Assembly (NCBI GenBank): GCA_951406725.2
Contig: OX597817.1
Location: 186,001 to 250,000 of the forward strand
Direction of reading: 5' to 3'
Source of the DNA: Octopus vulgaris
Lineage: Eukaryota
DNA length: 64,000 nucleotides
A program made the position numbers and the translations under genes. The notes beneath the pieces are model-generated. The model was not told the origin of the DNA, made no database searches, and was given only the letters and a program-made list of their open reading frames with translations. Positions 1-15,991 of this stretch are shown in pieces; the stretch's first letter is position 1; every line of letters begins with the position of its first letter.

Positions 1-3000
1 CCGCCCGACCTTTTAGGGACAGTTTCCTCTCGGCCCATTGCCGGGCGAGAGTGACCACCCTACTCGTTATCTCTTTCCAGTTCTTCTCCACTTGGAGGTC
101 CGGACCAAACCAGACCCCGAGCAACTCAACCGGGCCGTCGGTCCAGCGTCCCACGACGGAGGCGCTGGTGGACGGCATGGGCTTGCTTCTCCAGGTGCCT
201 AGTCGCAAGCCCACTGACTTTTCCCGGTTGATTTTCGCTCCTGTCACGGCTTCGTAGTTTTTCAGTGTCTCGCCGACCTGCTCGATGTGCTCGTGGCTAG
301 ACACTATGACGGTGACGTCGTCCGCGTATGCAGACACGCTCGTCCCGCATCCCAGTTCTCGCGGGATGCCTCTCAAGGTTGCCAGCTTCCGCAATAATGG
401 CTCGAGAGTCAATATGTATAGAAGCGACGAGAGGGGGCATCCCTGACGGACCGAACGTGTGATGTCGAAGGGTCTCGATAGATGTCCATTCACGCGAATT
501 ACCGAACGGATGCCTCTGTACAAAGCGGCTATCCAGCCGCGGAAGACGGGACCGAAGCCAGCCGCTCCGAGGACCGCCTCCAAGTATCGATGGTCCACCC
601 TATCGAAAGCTTTCGATTGATCCAAATTGATCAGCGCCCCACCCATGCCAGGTTCGTTAACTACCCTGTCTATGATGTAGCGCATCAGGTGGAGGTTGTC
701 ATGGATGGTCCGGCCTGGCACGGCGCATGTTTGCGCCCTGTCGTCCAGTTTCTCGATGACAAGCGCCAACCTCTTGGCTAGCACCTTGGCCAAAATTTTC
801 AAGTCTGCATTAAGCAGAGTGATGGGCCTAAAGTTATCTATTACATTTCCCTTGTTTAGATCTTTCTTCAGCAGTGTTACGGCTCCTCGGCTCACAAAAC
901 CAGGAATGCTCCCGTTTTGCTGCCAGTTGCAGTACACCGCCGCCAAGAGATCTCCAAACAAGTCTGGCATACAATTGTAAAGCTCGTAGGGTAGACCATC
1001 CAAACCCGGTGATTTGTCCCCCGAGCATTCTGCCATCGCTTCCTGCACTTCCGCCGCCGTGATGGCACCTTCGCAGCACCCTGCCTTTCTTGTCGAGAGT
1101 CGTGGTAGGCTATGTAGGTAGGCACTGAAGTCCACCCTACGTTCTTGCCCTCCACTCGTTCCGAACAGTCGGGCAAAATGCTGCTGAAAGGCCTCACACA
1201 TTTTACTTGGCTCGAGCAATTCGCGCCCCTGTTCATCTACCAGGGACCGAATGGTGGCTTTGTTGCCCTGTTGCGCCTCTGCCACCCGGGCCTCTCTCGC
1301 GGCTCCAACACCTTCGTTCCTTAGAGCACGCATCCTAGCTCTGACAGCACATCCTTCGTGTTTGGCGTTGAAGTGTTGGTCGAGGGCCAACCTCGCCGCC
1401 AAAACGTCGGATGCGATGCCGCTTCTAATTGCCTCTTCTAGCTTCTTAACTAGCTCACCCTCTACTCTATTTCTATCTATGGCTAGTGCTTTGCTGTACC
1501 TAATCGCTTCTGCTTTTACTGCTCTCTTGAGGGCAAACCACCATTTGTTGTTGATGATGGCTCCCGTCAAAGCCCTCTTTACTAGTGTGCTAATCCGGTC
1601 TCTGAAAACCTGTCTCGATGGGAAAGACGCGCTTAGTTTCCAGTATCCGGGACCCTGCCTAAGTGTCTTACCTAAGTCTAGCGTACATGTCACAAGTTTG
1701 TGATCCGTGTAGCTGACTATGTGGAATTGTGGACATCCTATGCTATCTCTGTCTACTGTCCTACACAGTATCCTATCTAGATACGATCTCGACGACCCGA
1801 TGTGGTTGCTCCATGTCCACGTTGGCGCATTCGGGTGGTCTAGTCGGAACCTGTCAGACAGTTGAAAGCGTCTGAGCAGGTCCCTGAGCCATTTGCATCC
1901 CCGTCTATTCCTATCTCTACCCACGTAGTCTACATGCGTGTCCAAGGTAGCATTCCAATCCCCCACTAAGAGTAAAGGACGAGACGTTCCCAAGAATACT
2001 TCTAGACGTTGAAAGAAATCCGCCCGACCTGTTAAGGGCGGTGCATAGACTGATACGAGTCGAAAAGCGCACCCATTGCTGCCGTCGACATCCAGGACGA
2101 CCAGTCTACCCTCCGGGTCTACGAATATTGTCCTTACTTTGAGATCCAGACTCTTGTGAAAAAGTACCACGGTGCCACTACCGCCCATTCTCGGCAGACA
2201 GGGGGAAAAATAAATGTTGAACTGTCCGCCAAACATGGTCTTTAGGACCCGCGGATTGTGGAGTCTGGTCTCACTTATGGCTATGATTTCTAACTTATGT
2301 GACTTTATGTCATTTAAGAGGTACCCTTGTTTCCAAGGGGACCCCAAGCCACGCGCATTTACACAACCAATCTTGATCATAGTCCTAATGAATTAGAATA
2401 CAAGTGAAAGGAACAGAGGGTTACTTACTGCTCGAAAGTTTTTGCTTTCTCCTCCTTTGGTTTGTCCTCGAGGAGATCCCAGTACAGTTTCTTTGTGAGA
2501 TATTTTTGGCATTTACCAACCGCGCTGGGGAAAATGCCTTTGAGTGTGTGGTGCAGACTTTTGGAGATGTGTAATATTTTGATGTGGTCTGGTGGTGTTG
2601 TGTATGGGTGATTGTTTGTTTTTATGTCATCTTCTGTTATGTTTGTTTTTGATTGGATGTATTCCATCAAATTTGTGTTTTTGGTGTCTATAGCTGTGAG
2701 CATGTTTGCTGTATATATTTTTGTGGTGTTGGTGTGGCTGTTGTTTGCGTTGGGTTTTGAAATGTCTTCGTGAGATGTATTTCCCCCTGCTTTGTTCGTG
2801 TTTGCATTTGGTTTGGTTGTGTTTCTGCTCTTTATTTTCCTTCTTTTTGTAGCTATTTGCCATTCCTCACTGGTTTCGTCTTCCGACGAAATTTCTGAGG
2901 AATCAGTAGGGGGTAGGGGTATGTTGTGGGCTTCTATGTATGTCTGTGTAAGTGGTTGTGTTGTTGTTTTCGTTGTTGTTGGTTGTTGAGTGTTTGTGTG

Positions 3001-3180
3001 TGTTGAGTGCGGTATAAGGTATGGGGGGTCAATTTGTGTGTGTTTTCTTTGTTTTTCTGTTCCTTTGGGTTTTGCTGTTGTTGGTGGTGTTGGTATTTTT
3101 TCAGGTGTTGAGTGGTTTTTGGTTGGTGACGGATTAGCTTGGTGTGCTTCTCTTGTCGTCTTCTTCTTCTTCTTCTTCTT
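1..3180 (-). mobile_element. Tx1/L1-clade non-LTR retrotransposon, 5'-truncated in ORF1, running off the window edge
   Basis: ORF1 C-terminal part ends at 2425; ORF2 starts at ATG 2380; 5' junction abuts (GAA)n/(TATC)n repeats. Confidence 0.88.
2..2380 (-). CDS. LINE ORF2 (AP endonuclease + reverse transcriptase), apparently open to the window edge
   Basis: MIKIGCVNARGL, ISETRL (APE); KSPGLDGLP, RPITLLNADLKIL, LDQSKAFDRV, VRQGCPLS, SAYADDVTV (RT); QGCPLS is in frame with the ATG. Confidence 0.88.
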   Translation of the reverse strand, partial: MIKIGCVNARGLGSPWKQGYLLNDIKSHKLEIIAISETRLHNPRVLKTMFGGQFNIYFSPCLPRMGGSGTVVLFHKSLDLKVRTIFVDPEGRLVVLDVDGSNGCAFRLVSVYAPPLTGRADFFQRLEVFLGTSRPLLLVGDWNATLDTHVDYVGRDRNRRGCKWLRDLLRRFQLSDRFRLDHPNAPTWTWSNHIGSSRSYLDRILCRTVDRDSIGCPQFHIVSYTDHKLVTCTLDLGKTLRQGPGYWKLSASFPSRQVFRDRISTLVKRALTGAIINNKWWFALKRAVKAEAIRYSKALAIDRNRVEGELVKKLEEAIRSGIASDVLAARLALDQHFNAKHEGCAVRARMRALRNEGVGAAREARVAEAQQGNKATIRSLVDEQGRELLEPSKMCEAFQQHFARLFGTSGGQERRVDFSAYLHSLPRLSTRKAGCCEGAITAAEVQEAMAECSGDKSPGLDGLPYELYNCMPDLFGDLLAAVYCNWQQNGSIPGFVSRGAVTLLKKDLNKGNVIDNFRPITLLNADLKILAKVLAKRLALVIEKLDDRAQTCAVPGRTIHDNLHLMRYIIDRVVNEPGMGGALINLDQSKAFDRVDHRYLEAVLGAAGFGPVFRGWIAALYRGIRSVIRVNGHLSRPFDITRSVRQGCPLSSLLYILTLEPLLRKLATLRGIPRELGCGTSVSAYADDVTVIVSSHEHIEQVGETLKNYEAVTGAKINREKSVGLRLGTWRSKPMPSTSASVVGRWTDGPVELLGVWFGPDLQVEKNWKEITSRVVTLARQWAERKLSLKGRA

Positions 3181-3181
3181 C

Positions 3182-3330
<149 letters not shown>

Positions 3331-3642
3331 GGAGCGCTCCGTCGATTACGACGACGAGGTTACCAGCCGATTCGATCAACGGAACAGCCCGCTAGTGAAA
3401 TTGACGTGCAAGTGGCTGAGCAATCCACAGACACGCGTACCCCTAACGTTGTTCTCAGAGAGATTCAGAGTGTGACAAGGCTGGCCCTTTGAAATACAAG
3501 TAGAACTCATTTTTGCCAGCTGAGTGGACTGGAGCAACGTGAAATGAAGTGTCTTGCTCAAGGACACAACGCGTCGCCGGGAATCGAACTCACGACCTTG
3601 CAATGTTGAGTCGAATGCCCCAACCACTAAGCCACGCGCCTT
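3331..3642 (-). mobile_element. tRNA-derived SINE
   Basis: Minus strand A box TGGCTTAGTGG, B box GAGTTCGATTC, then CORE-like GTGTCCTTGAGCAAGACACTT; tail runs into the microsatellite. Confidence 0.8.
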
Positions 3643-4946
3643 CACTAAATATACATACATACATACGATATATGTATACATATAAACCTTTGCTTGAATA
3701 GAAGACAAATTTCCACGGATAGAGGCAGTGTGATTGAACCCACGATCACATGGCTGGAAAACAAGATTCTTAACCACGCAGCCATGCTAGCGCCTGTTTT
3801 GTATATTCAATATTAAATCTTAAAATTTTAAACTTTTTAAGATGTAAATAGAATAGGATTATCCTAGCCGTAAATCGGGATTATCATAGCTGCAATATTG
3901 TATTATCATTTCTCTTACGACGAAATGTAAATTCAACATTTGAAGGGCAATAACTCTTGTGTTGAGTATGAAGTATTACTTCCCTTTCCGTTGTTAATTA
4001 AATTCCTTCGTTGAGACTGACAGAGAGAGAAAGACAGAGAGTGGGAGTGAGAGACAAAGAGAGCGGGAGAGAGAGGGAGACCGATAGGGACAGAGAGAGA
4101 AAAAGCTAGACAGACAGAAAGAGTGAGAGGAGGAGAGACAGGGGTGAGAGACAGACACATAGACAGACTGAGACAGAGACAGTGAGAGAGAGAGAGAGAA
4201 AGACAGAGACAGGGAGGAAAGAGAGAGAGAGAGATTAGCATGTTTGTATTTTCATCTTAGAGGAATAGCAAGTCAGGGGCAGTTCTTCCGTCGTTGTCGA
4301 CGATGACCAAATACATAAGAAGGGTGAAGAAGATGGGTAAAGGTGTGTCCGGTTGTTGCCGTCCTGTCCGATGCATTCTCCGCCCCACAAGTCGGGTAAT
4401 GGTTGTCTCCTGAGTCTGAAGGCAAGAAGCCGACTCTGGACCCGCATCATTCAAGCTTTCTTTGCCCTTGTAAATTATGTTCTAGGGTGCAAGGTGTATC
4501 TGGGTCAAGTAGTTCCTCTATCAGGGGAATATGTAGTCCTCCTTGGAGTAGTCCGTCCGGTTTGGTCCTTCCGTGACTCCCACCTCTCACCTGTGGTTCA
4601 TCAATGCAACAGTATTCACACCCAGAGTCACGGCTTCCAGAGGCTGGCTAAACCATGGTAAGGGTAGTACACGGCCTTTAACCATTGGTGGGCTAGGGCT
4701 TGTCTATCTAAGGATGTGAACCGGTTGAGTGTGCTGAGGAAACCACTAGACAGGCTCAACGGACCCGCAAGCTTTGTGGAGGGTGAACTGCAACCTGTCT
4801 GTAGTTCTCTTGACTTCATCCTTCCACTGGAATCACAGAGGAAGGGACGAGAGACTGAGCCGGATGCTATTGTGCAACCTTCCCTCACTTTAATCCATGT
4901 CACGCTCAATTCAAGATATCACACCATCCCAGGGTCAGGTAAAATA

Positions 4947-5192
4947 TTGGGTTGGTGCATAATTATTGCGGCTTCTTTTCAACAAATATTTTTCAACAAA
5001 AACAATAAAAATATTTATCAAAAACATCTTTACATGACGGTCTGACCGTCTGTCAAGCGAATGGGAAGCGGTTATTGAAGTAGATGGTGAATATGCTCCG
5101 GAATAATGATTTAAAGATGTTTTTGCTACATGTTATTGATTTTGTTGAATAAAATTTATTGAAAAAAAACGTATAATAATGGACCAACCCAA
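4947..5192 (+). mobile_element. Mariner-derived MITE with about 85-bp imperfect TIRs and TA target duplication
   Basis: TA|TTGGGTTGGTGCATAATTAT...ATAATAATGGACCAACCCAA|TA; centre encodes a mariner C-terminus (EWEAVIEVDGEYAPE*). Confidence 0.8.
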
Positions 5193-5989
5193 TATATGGA
5201 CACACACACACACACACACACATGTCGGTCGACAATGGCAAAGAGACGGACGGAACAACGGTTCGCCTATTGATGAGAGAAACGGATGTGAGGACATCTG
5301 GATGGAACGCCGCTTCAGAGAGCATCGTGCGGTGTGTGGAGGGAGAGAAAGGGGCGGAGCGACGGCGAGTGATGCCTATTATTAAAAAGAGTGAGAATAA
5401 TATAAAATAGTGTTTATAACACATTATCGATAAATATCGAACATTGATCAATGGAATTAGTACAGATTGCGACTCCACGTCACTGATTCGTTTTTTATTT
5501 CGCTTTTTCACATTTCCAATTCTTTACTTTTCCTTTCACTCTGCCTGCAATCGTCACACAGTTTACATGGTCGCTGGAGTGAAGTGGCTTAGAGGTTAGG
5601 GGTATTCGGGTTAGATTTGGGGTGATATATTAATATATGCTGAAGAGGAGAGAGAGGATTTTATATGAGTGACTTTGATATACTTGGCTGTTATTTCTAG
5701 CATCAGGAAGGACCACCAATTGGATAATATTCCTCCAGATGCTTCTTAAAGTCTCCTTTAATCCTTCATGAAAAGCGATACAAAATACTAAACTGTTATT
5801 TCTAGCATATTACTCAACCACCTGTAGGACAATATATTTGATAGACGCTTCCTCAAGTGTCCTGCTTTTATAAAACAAAAACTTTAGAAATATCAAGGTT
5901 TTTGCTTGCTGTTTCACGAATGATGCGAGACAATAGAGAGGTGAGATTCTTTTATAAAAGTCGAAATAGTTTTGGGAGGGAAACAATGA

Positions 5990-8800
<2,811 letters not shown>

Positions 8801-8966
8801 CAAAATGGGCGGAGTCAGTCTACATTATACAATGTGGTGGGAGGTGTCAACGTTGAAAGGGTAAGAACAATAACTCTTATTGAATCCCTTTTTCGCTTTA
8901 AATTGTATTTGTTTTTTAAATCTCAGAACTAGATGTAAACAGTAACCGCTCGACAATGTAAAGTAT

Positions 8967-10031
8967 TGTTACGACCTGCCGTCGCTCGAACTCGAACCCG
9001 AGATCCCAATAAGTCGAGCGACGATGATTGACCAGGCTCGATCGGTCGGGAAAGTTCGCCACGGAACTCAGAGAGGAGAGAGACACAAAGAGAGACACAA
9101 AGGCTGCATTTAACACTAGTTTATAATAATCATTACAACATCAAATACATTTAAAGAAAACATCAGATATATCAAAGAAGGAAACAAAAGCATGCAGATG
9201 CAATATACATTGTTCATAGACAAATAATTCACGTTACAAATCAATGTTCAACAATACACGCTACAGTTCAAAGTCCTTCAAAGTCTTTTTCTACTTTCTT
9301 TTACATAAGTAACACAACTCAATAATCAACACATCAACAAGTCCTTTACTCAATTCACATTGTTCAATTCTTTAGCATTTCAGCCTTTAGCACTGTTCTT
9401 TCTTTTTACTCTCTTTCTTTTCACATTAATTCTTTAACACAATGTCTTTATGCATTTCTTTAGCCTTTTTTTTCCACAACAATTCTGAACATAAATACCA
9501 CATAAAGTAACAATTCCTACTATAACAGCTGTGCCTTCTATCCGCCGTAATTCCTCCTTCGCCCTCAGTTCTCTGTGTCCGTCTCTCCCAACGCTGTCAT
9601 CCTCTCACGCTCTCGCCCGTCATCTCTCAGTTCTCTGTGTATCTCCCTCTCTCTTACGTTACCGTCACACTCTCGCCTGTCAGCCCCTTAGACTCTCTAT
9701 CTGTCTTCCTCTTTCAGTACATCGTCACAGCAGAACAACCACTGCTAACTCGATGAATCCCAACTGCCAACTGCCTTTCATCTCTCACAGCAGAAACAAC
9801 CTGTTACTCACTTGCTCTGTCCTCGACTGACCACAAGCTCACAGCGCGTCGCATTTTAAAGGGTGGTTTCTTGAACTTTCCCTGACCGTAGGGGCCAAAA
9901 TGTCACTTCCTAAGTCGTTACTCTTTCCAGAGCATGGCAGAACAAAGGACTATAACTTTACACTGCAGACTTCCCGTCTCCAAGCCAAGCAAAGTAGGTC
10001 AAGAAGTACTGTCCCTGAACTATTCACAACA
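8967..10031. mobile_element. Solo LTR (about 1065 bp), probably Gypsy type
   Basis: Termini TGTT...AACA flanked by a 4-bp direct repeat GTAT (8963-8966 and 10032-10035); no coding capacity. Confidence 0.7.
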
Positions 10032-10239
10032 GTATAATAGCCATCTCAATATGGCTAACCACTAAGAGTGGGTGTTACTGTAGCTTTTAGCCCCAGGAGA
10101 TCATCGTATCCAGCTGGCTTTAGGCACACTATATGTTTACATCTCGTTCTGAGATTTAATAATGCTTGCAGACAGTTTTTCGAAATCAGTGACGGAAGTT
10201 ACTAGAAAAACTCTTATATATATGCATACAGGCTTTCTC

Positions 10240-10495
10240 TTTCATCGTGATCCGTGATTACTGCCCGTTGATAAGAGGCAACAACATCGAAACTGCAGTC
10301 CGGTGTCTGGAAAGCGAACAATGTATGAGTCAGATACATGCTTGCGTGTGTATGGAGGGGAGGATATCAGGTGTAGCGTTGGCGAATCTCAGGAAGCATG
10401 GAAGTTTTGAAGGATGCAGTGCCCCAACAACTAACAACTGATGCCGGCAGTTTGTTCCATGCTTCAGCAAGTCTCAGCGTGAAAAATTATATCGG
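10240..10495 (-). mobile_element. 3' fragment of a CR1-like LINE
   Basis: Minus translation FTLRLAEAWNKLPASVVSCWGTASFK, a typical ORF2 C-terminus. Confidence 0.65.
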
Positions 10496-10637
10496 AAATG
10501 AATATGAGAAAATTAATTTGGTGGATTATTACACATGCATATTACAACAGGTCACATATCGACAAAAGGAAACTTGAAATTTCGAAGAAAATTGTGATGT
10601 GCGTCATTGTGTGTGTGTGCGTGTGCGTGCGTGTGTG

Positions 10638-10682
<45 letters not shown>

Positions 10683-11449
10683 TCATTATTTTTTCTTTCC
10701 ACATTAAATTCCAATATAATCGCATTTTACACACACTGTAACGTATTTGTAGAAAATTACATTAGAAAATAACCCATTTTTGTTAAAGTTCTGAGCAAAC
10801 ACAGACTATTCGTGTGAATTTTACGAAACTCATCTTTCCGCCCACAGACAATATAATCAGAATGATCACCATCTGAAGCGTATTTACAGAAAATTTAATT
10901 AAATAATGTCCGCTTGGTTGGGAGTTATGAGGAAACAAATTCGATTCGTCGCACACATCTGTGAGAATGGCTGCCTTCCCAGCACGGGTCTTCTGCTGGA
11001 AATCGCTGTTCCAGTCGGAAAGCTTCTCGGCTCTCCTCTCCCGCATCTATGTGTGTCGGTGGGACATTACCGTCAAATCCAAGCACCATCTGAGTCGTCT
11101 CTTTTCCTCACAAACATCTCTCTCTCTCTCTCATTCTCTAATTCTTTCTTTCTTTCTCTCTGAGGGTTATGTTGCAGCCCTACCCAACCATCAGAATCAT
11201 CCTCACCTGACCTAAGACCGACAATGACAGAGAAAGTAGCTGTCCATCTGCAGCTGACATGTACCCTAAGCCTCGACTCCTTGAAGCATCAACGGCTTAA
11301 AATGTGTAAGAAGCCGGTTCCCTTTGTTAACAGCATGTAGGTCGACGGCAGAAATATCTGGTCGGTGGTGGAAGATTGAGACAGATGCACAGATATCTCG
11401 ACGAAATTCAGCTGCGGGGAAGTGGCATCTGTCTTTACGATCCACCATG

Positions 11450-13100
11450 TGTTTCATTTGTCTTAAATGAAAGCTTGAATCTTTTATTTAAATAAGAAAT
11501 GTCAGTGTTTTTCCCTTTTGTACAGACATATTGCGTTTATTAAGTTGTCCAAAAATGTCTGACAAATAGAATAATTTGTATAACGAATCTTCATTGTGGA
11601 ACAAATCTGAATTTAATCCCAGTATGAATATTATGTCTTCATTTTCTTAAAGTTCTAACAATTGTTTCAAAGCTTCTCCATTTCAGATTCATCACACTTC
11701 TGTTCTTCATAAAACTTTGCTGAAATTGGATACCATTTCCTCACAGAAGAGGAAATTATTGAGAACAAGAATTTTAATAACGTTAATAATTTTAACCGCT
11801 TCTTGTAATATTGCAAAAGTATCTAGAAATATTTTCTGAGAAACCAACTCCTCTCAGTGAAGATTGCAATAAGTGACAGAAATAGGGTTTTTATCTTACA
11901 AATTTAACTTGAACCCCAATTTCCCTCCTTATCATAGCTTCTGCATCTTTATTACATCCTACATTACATTTATACCATCCAAGGCCTAGTTCTATCTCTC
12001 TTTTACCTGTTTCAGTCATTTGACTGTGGCCATGCTGGAGCACCGCCTTTAATCGAGGAATTCGACCCCGGGACTTATTCTTTTGTAAGCCCAGTACTTA
12101 TTCTATCGGTCTCTTTTGCCGAACCGCTAAGTGACGGGGACGTAAACACACCAGCATCGGTTGTCAAGCAATGCTAGGGGGACAAACACAGACACACACT
12201 CACACATATATATATATACATATATACGACAGGCTTCTTTCAGTTTCCGTCTACCAAATCCACTCACAAGGCATTGGTCGGCCCGGGTCTATAGCAGAAG
12301 ACACTTGCCCAAGGTGCCACGCAGTGGGACTGAACCCGGAACCATGTGGTTGGTAAGCAAGCTACTTACCACACAGCCGCTCCTGCGCCTATCGTCTACT
12401 GTTAGCTACAAAGTCTCCATCTAACGAACCAATCTTCCTGGACCCTATTCTATATTACTATAGTTTGTAATTTTACTTGCTTCATCTAATTGAATTGCAT
12501 GTTTAGAGACGTTGTTTAAAAACCTTCGCATAATTTACTCCAATTAATCATTATTCATTTCTGAAATACAAATATCAACATTATCATTTCGCAGACGAAC
12601 TTTGATTCATCTGCATGTTATTTCAATGAATAATTCCTGATGTTTTCATTGCTGCTGCTAATACAAGTTCTTCGCCGATGTTGTTTGGGATTTCTTTTAT
12701 CTCTTGCAATTAAATAAGCAGCTTCAAAAGATGCCCTTAAGTATTTCACTCTATCTATTGAGTGAATAACTTGCTCAAGAGATTGTTTCTGTGTACTGAT
12801 AGCCTTTCAAGACAATTCTATAGTCTTATTATTATAAAGGAATGTCTTGAATCAAAACGTTTTTAATTTTTGTGGGCTTCATATTTTCAGACACCAAACA
12901 ATTCTTACAAATAAAGCTGACCGGAATTCTTTCAATATTTGTCCAAAGTAAAAGTAAATCCATTATATTTCCTCTTTTGTCGGTCTGAAAGAATTACTTA
13001 TTTCTGAATTCATGACACTCTTTCAAGTTCTTCACTCTCCTCAGTTATAGCATCGTCGTTACTTTCTGCAGTTTTATTCCTCGATAGATTTGACCATTTT
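11450..13100 (-). pseudogene. Decayed hAT (Buster/ZBED5-like) transposase, interrupted by a SINE
   Basis: Fragments NIGEELVLAAA, LQEAVKIINVIK and YKLFYLSDIFGQLN with stops and frameshifts. Confidence 0.65.
11997..12392 (-). mobile_element. Composite tRNA-headed SINE with internal microsatellite and LINE-like tail
   Basis: Head AGGCGCAGGAGCGGCTGTGTGG...GGTTCAGTCCC; tail GCGGTGCTCCAGCATGGCCACAGTCAAATGACTGAAAC; several copies in the window. Confidence 0.85.
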
Positions 13101-13944
13101 TCTATAGAGAATATATTTTGTCGTTAATTACAATATGCTAATTACTGTCACAGTCTTTGAGCTGAACAAGATGAAGATCTCACCTAGTAAAGGAACTGAT
13201 TCTGAGTCATCACATTTGAAAGTTATCCTTTTGGTTTCAGAGAGTCAGTGATAAAGTGCTGTTTTCTCTGTTTTTATCAAAACGTCACATTTATAAATAA
13301 GTTTATTGTTACAAATTAAATTTAAATTTGAATATGTTCCTCGTAGCTTACATAATCAGTGACATTGTTTTGTACAACTTTCAGGAAGAAAGATCATGTT
13401 TATTATATTTTTGTTGTTTTTTACATCACATATAATGTTTGAATATTCGTTCATTCCACGTTTTTGGAGCTCAAAATTAGTAAGACATGTCAGCAATTTA
13501 TTCAAAATAATTTTGTATAAAGTATGATACCATATAATTTGTTTCTAAACCAATAATTTCTAATAATAATTGCTTATCAATTTCTGAAATAAATTTGACG
13601 TAATTTAAATAATTTTATGTTAAATTTCAAAATAATCAGGTCTGTTCACTCGTATCACGTAAGAATCCAATAACAATTGGACAATACTTACGAGTTGCGT
13701 TTCACTAAATTTTCAAATTTTAAATTTATGGATTATTTTTTATATGTACAATGGTAAAGTTTGACTTTTTGCTGAAAATCTACAATAACTATTGAGTAAC
13801 AATGATCATAATGGTAGAATATAAAATAAAGAACATGCAACCATTGCCACATTGGGAAAACCTGCCTTAAATCACTGCAGAACAAATAGAAACATCCATA
13901 GACACATCCTATATTACATAGAAATGCTATTCCTATATGATACA

Positions 13945-15550
13945 CTAGCAGAGAAAGCCGGCTTTGCTCGGGGTTAAAATAGCATAGTTTTTTAATTGTT
14001 TTACCTGTTTCGATATTATGACCCGATTTCATTTGGGTCTACTCGGGCCACATTTTAAAGATGAGGAATTCCCACCCACCAAAAAAAAACGAAACTTTTA
14101 TTAAAAATTGGTAATGTAAAAAAGCATGCCAAATGTTTAAACAGATTTTGAAAAGTGATTGAAGAAACCTCGCGGATGCAGATGTGAAGGGCAAAGAATG
14201 ACGGGAAAATGCTGGAAAAATACAAAACACCAGTCTGGTCTCTGCACAAAACTGAAATAGTATAATACGACTGTACTTGCAATGTTTTGGATACAATATG
14301 TAGTCACACCCAACCTAATTTTGCGGAATCAGTGTCGGGACGTCAACCCATGGGTTGGGAGTTTGACTTGCAGAGGTGGTCAGTTTGCAGATGTGGCCAG
14401 CAACGTGAAGAAGGTGGATGCAGTTGGGTTAAAAATTTGAGAAAGTTACAATGACTCCAGCGACGGGAGAGTAATGGCGGAAGGTTCAAAAGTGTTCTTG
14501 CAGGGCTTCTTTGTAGACGACGTTCCTGGTGTTGCCCGGATTACCAGAAATGAAGAGATTGTGTGGACTGCTGACACGGAAGCATCCGACGTATAGGTAA
14601 CCGTGGATAAGTAACTGCTGTGTCAGATTTAGGCCAACTACTTGTAACGACTGTCTCCGTGCCTTGTAGATGCTCATTGACGGGAAACTGCCGTCGCGTA
14701 AATTCAAATGGCACAGCTGAGGGACTAAGGCTCATGGGGCTTAATAACTTTGTTACGCCAGCAGATGGTCCGCTCAGAATGATTGTCGTCAGAATTAAGG
14801 TCCCATGTTTTTGATGATTAGACGCGTACCGTTGCATAGTTCTGGTGGTTCCACGTTTCTCAGCAGCATAACTGGAACACCAACCTTCAGTATTGAGGTG
14901 GATGTCCGGGAGGTTGTTGGCTGTTGAGGATTTCAACAGGTGTGCAAATTTCCAGCACAATCCGACTACATTTACTAACAATTTTGCCTGCGCAATTGTT
15001 ATGTGAGACAACGTCCGCCCTTTTCACAAATATATATTAGAATCCAGATATACCCGGCCTTGCTCGGGATTAAAATAGTTTATTATTATTTGATTTGATT
15101 CAGAATTATGATCCGATTTCATTCGGGTTTACGCGGGCCACATTTTAAAAGATGAGTACTTTTGCCCCAGAGGTCACGCCTTTCAATTGAGCAAACTCAA
15201 AGTTGCCAAGCACACTCGCCTGCGCTTTTAACATAGGTGTGCATATTTTCAGCTCAATCCAACCACATTTACTAACATTTTTGCTTGCACAACTGCTTGT
15301 GAGACAACGTCCGACCTTTTCACAAATATTTGGTAGACTTACAGAGGTACCCAGTCTTGCTCGGGATTAAAATAGCATAGTTTTTAATTGTTTTACTTGT
15401 TTGGTTATTATAACACGATTTCATTCGGGTCTACGCGGACCACATTTTAAAAGATGAGGAAATTTGCTCTAGAGGTCACGCCTTTCAATTGAGCAAACTC
15501 GCCAGCACTTTTAACATAGGTGTGCATATTTTCAACTCAATCCGACCACA
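13945..15550 (-). mobile_element. Helitron remnant: PIF1-type helicase C-terminus and repeated 3' ends
   Basis: LKVGVPVMLLRNVEPPELCNGTRL, FEFTRRQFP, QSLQVVGLNL..HGYLYVGCFRV..NVVYKEAL (frameshifted); 3' hairpin followed by CTAG|T at 13945. Confidence 0.85.
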
Positions 15551-15651
15551 TATGCACACATTATATGTACACACACACACATATATATATTTACACACGC
15601 ATTAAATATATATACTACATATATACGCATTATATATACATATGTAATCAC

Positions 15652-15724
<73 letters not shown>

Positions 15725-15731
15725 TTATATT

Positions 15732-15959
15732 CATTTCATCTAGTTTCAGCTCACGAGCTGTGGCCATGCTGGGGCACCGCCATTTGGTGTTCCTACATGA
15801 TTTTACTTCACGAATTCCTTTTAGCAATTGCCATTTGGTGCATGAGAGAGTTCGATGCAGCTGCCCTCATCTGCACCTCCTGCCGTGAAGTTGGGTCATC
15901 TGGGACACCTGACAGAAAGAGATCCAGTTTTATTTTAAAGACATCTGCATCCACCCCAT
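15732..15959 (-). mobile_element. Short 5'-truncated copy (3' end only) of the adjacent CR1-group LINE, inverted
   Basis: Reverse complement aligns to about 19087-19310 with scattered mismatches. Confidence 0.9.
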
Positions 15960-15991
15960 ATACACACATTATATATATGTATATAATATAT

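Noticed and set aside
3570-3642. tRNA-like sequence with A and B boxes (also SINE heads near 12320-12392 and 40810-40880)
   Set aside because: Continues directly into SINE body and tail, and the cloverleaf is imperfect; called as SINE heads, not tRNA genes.
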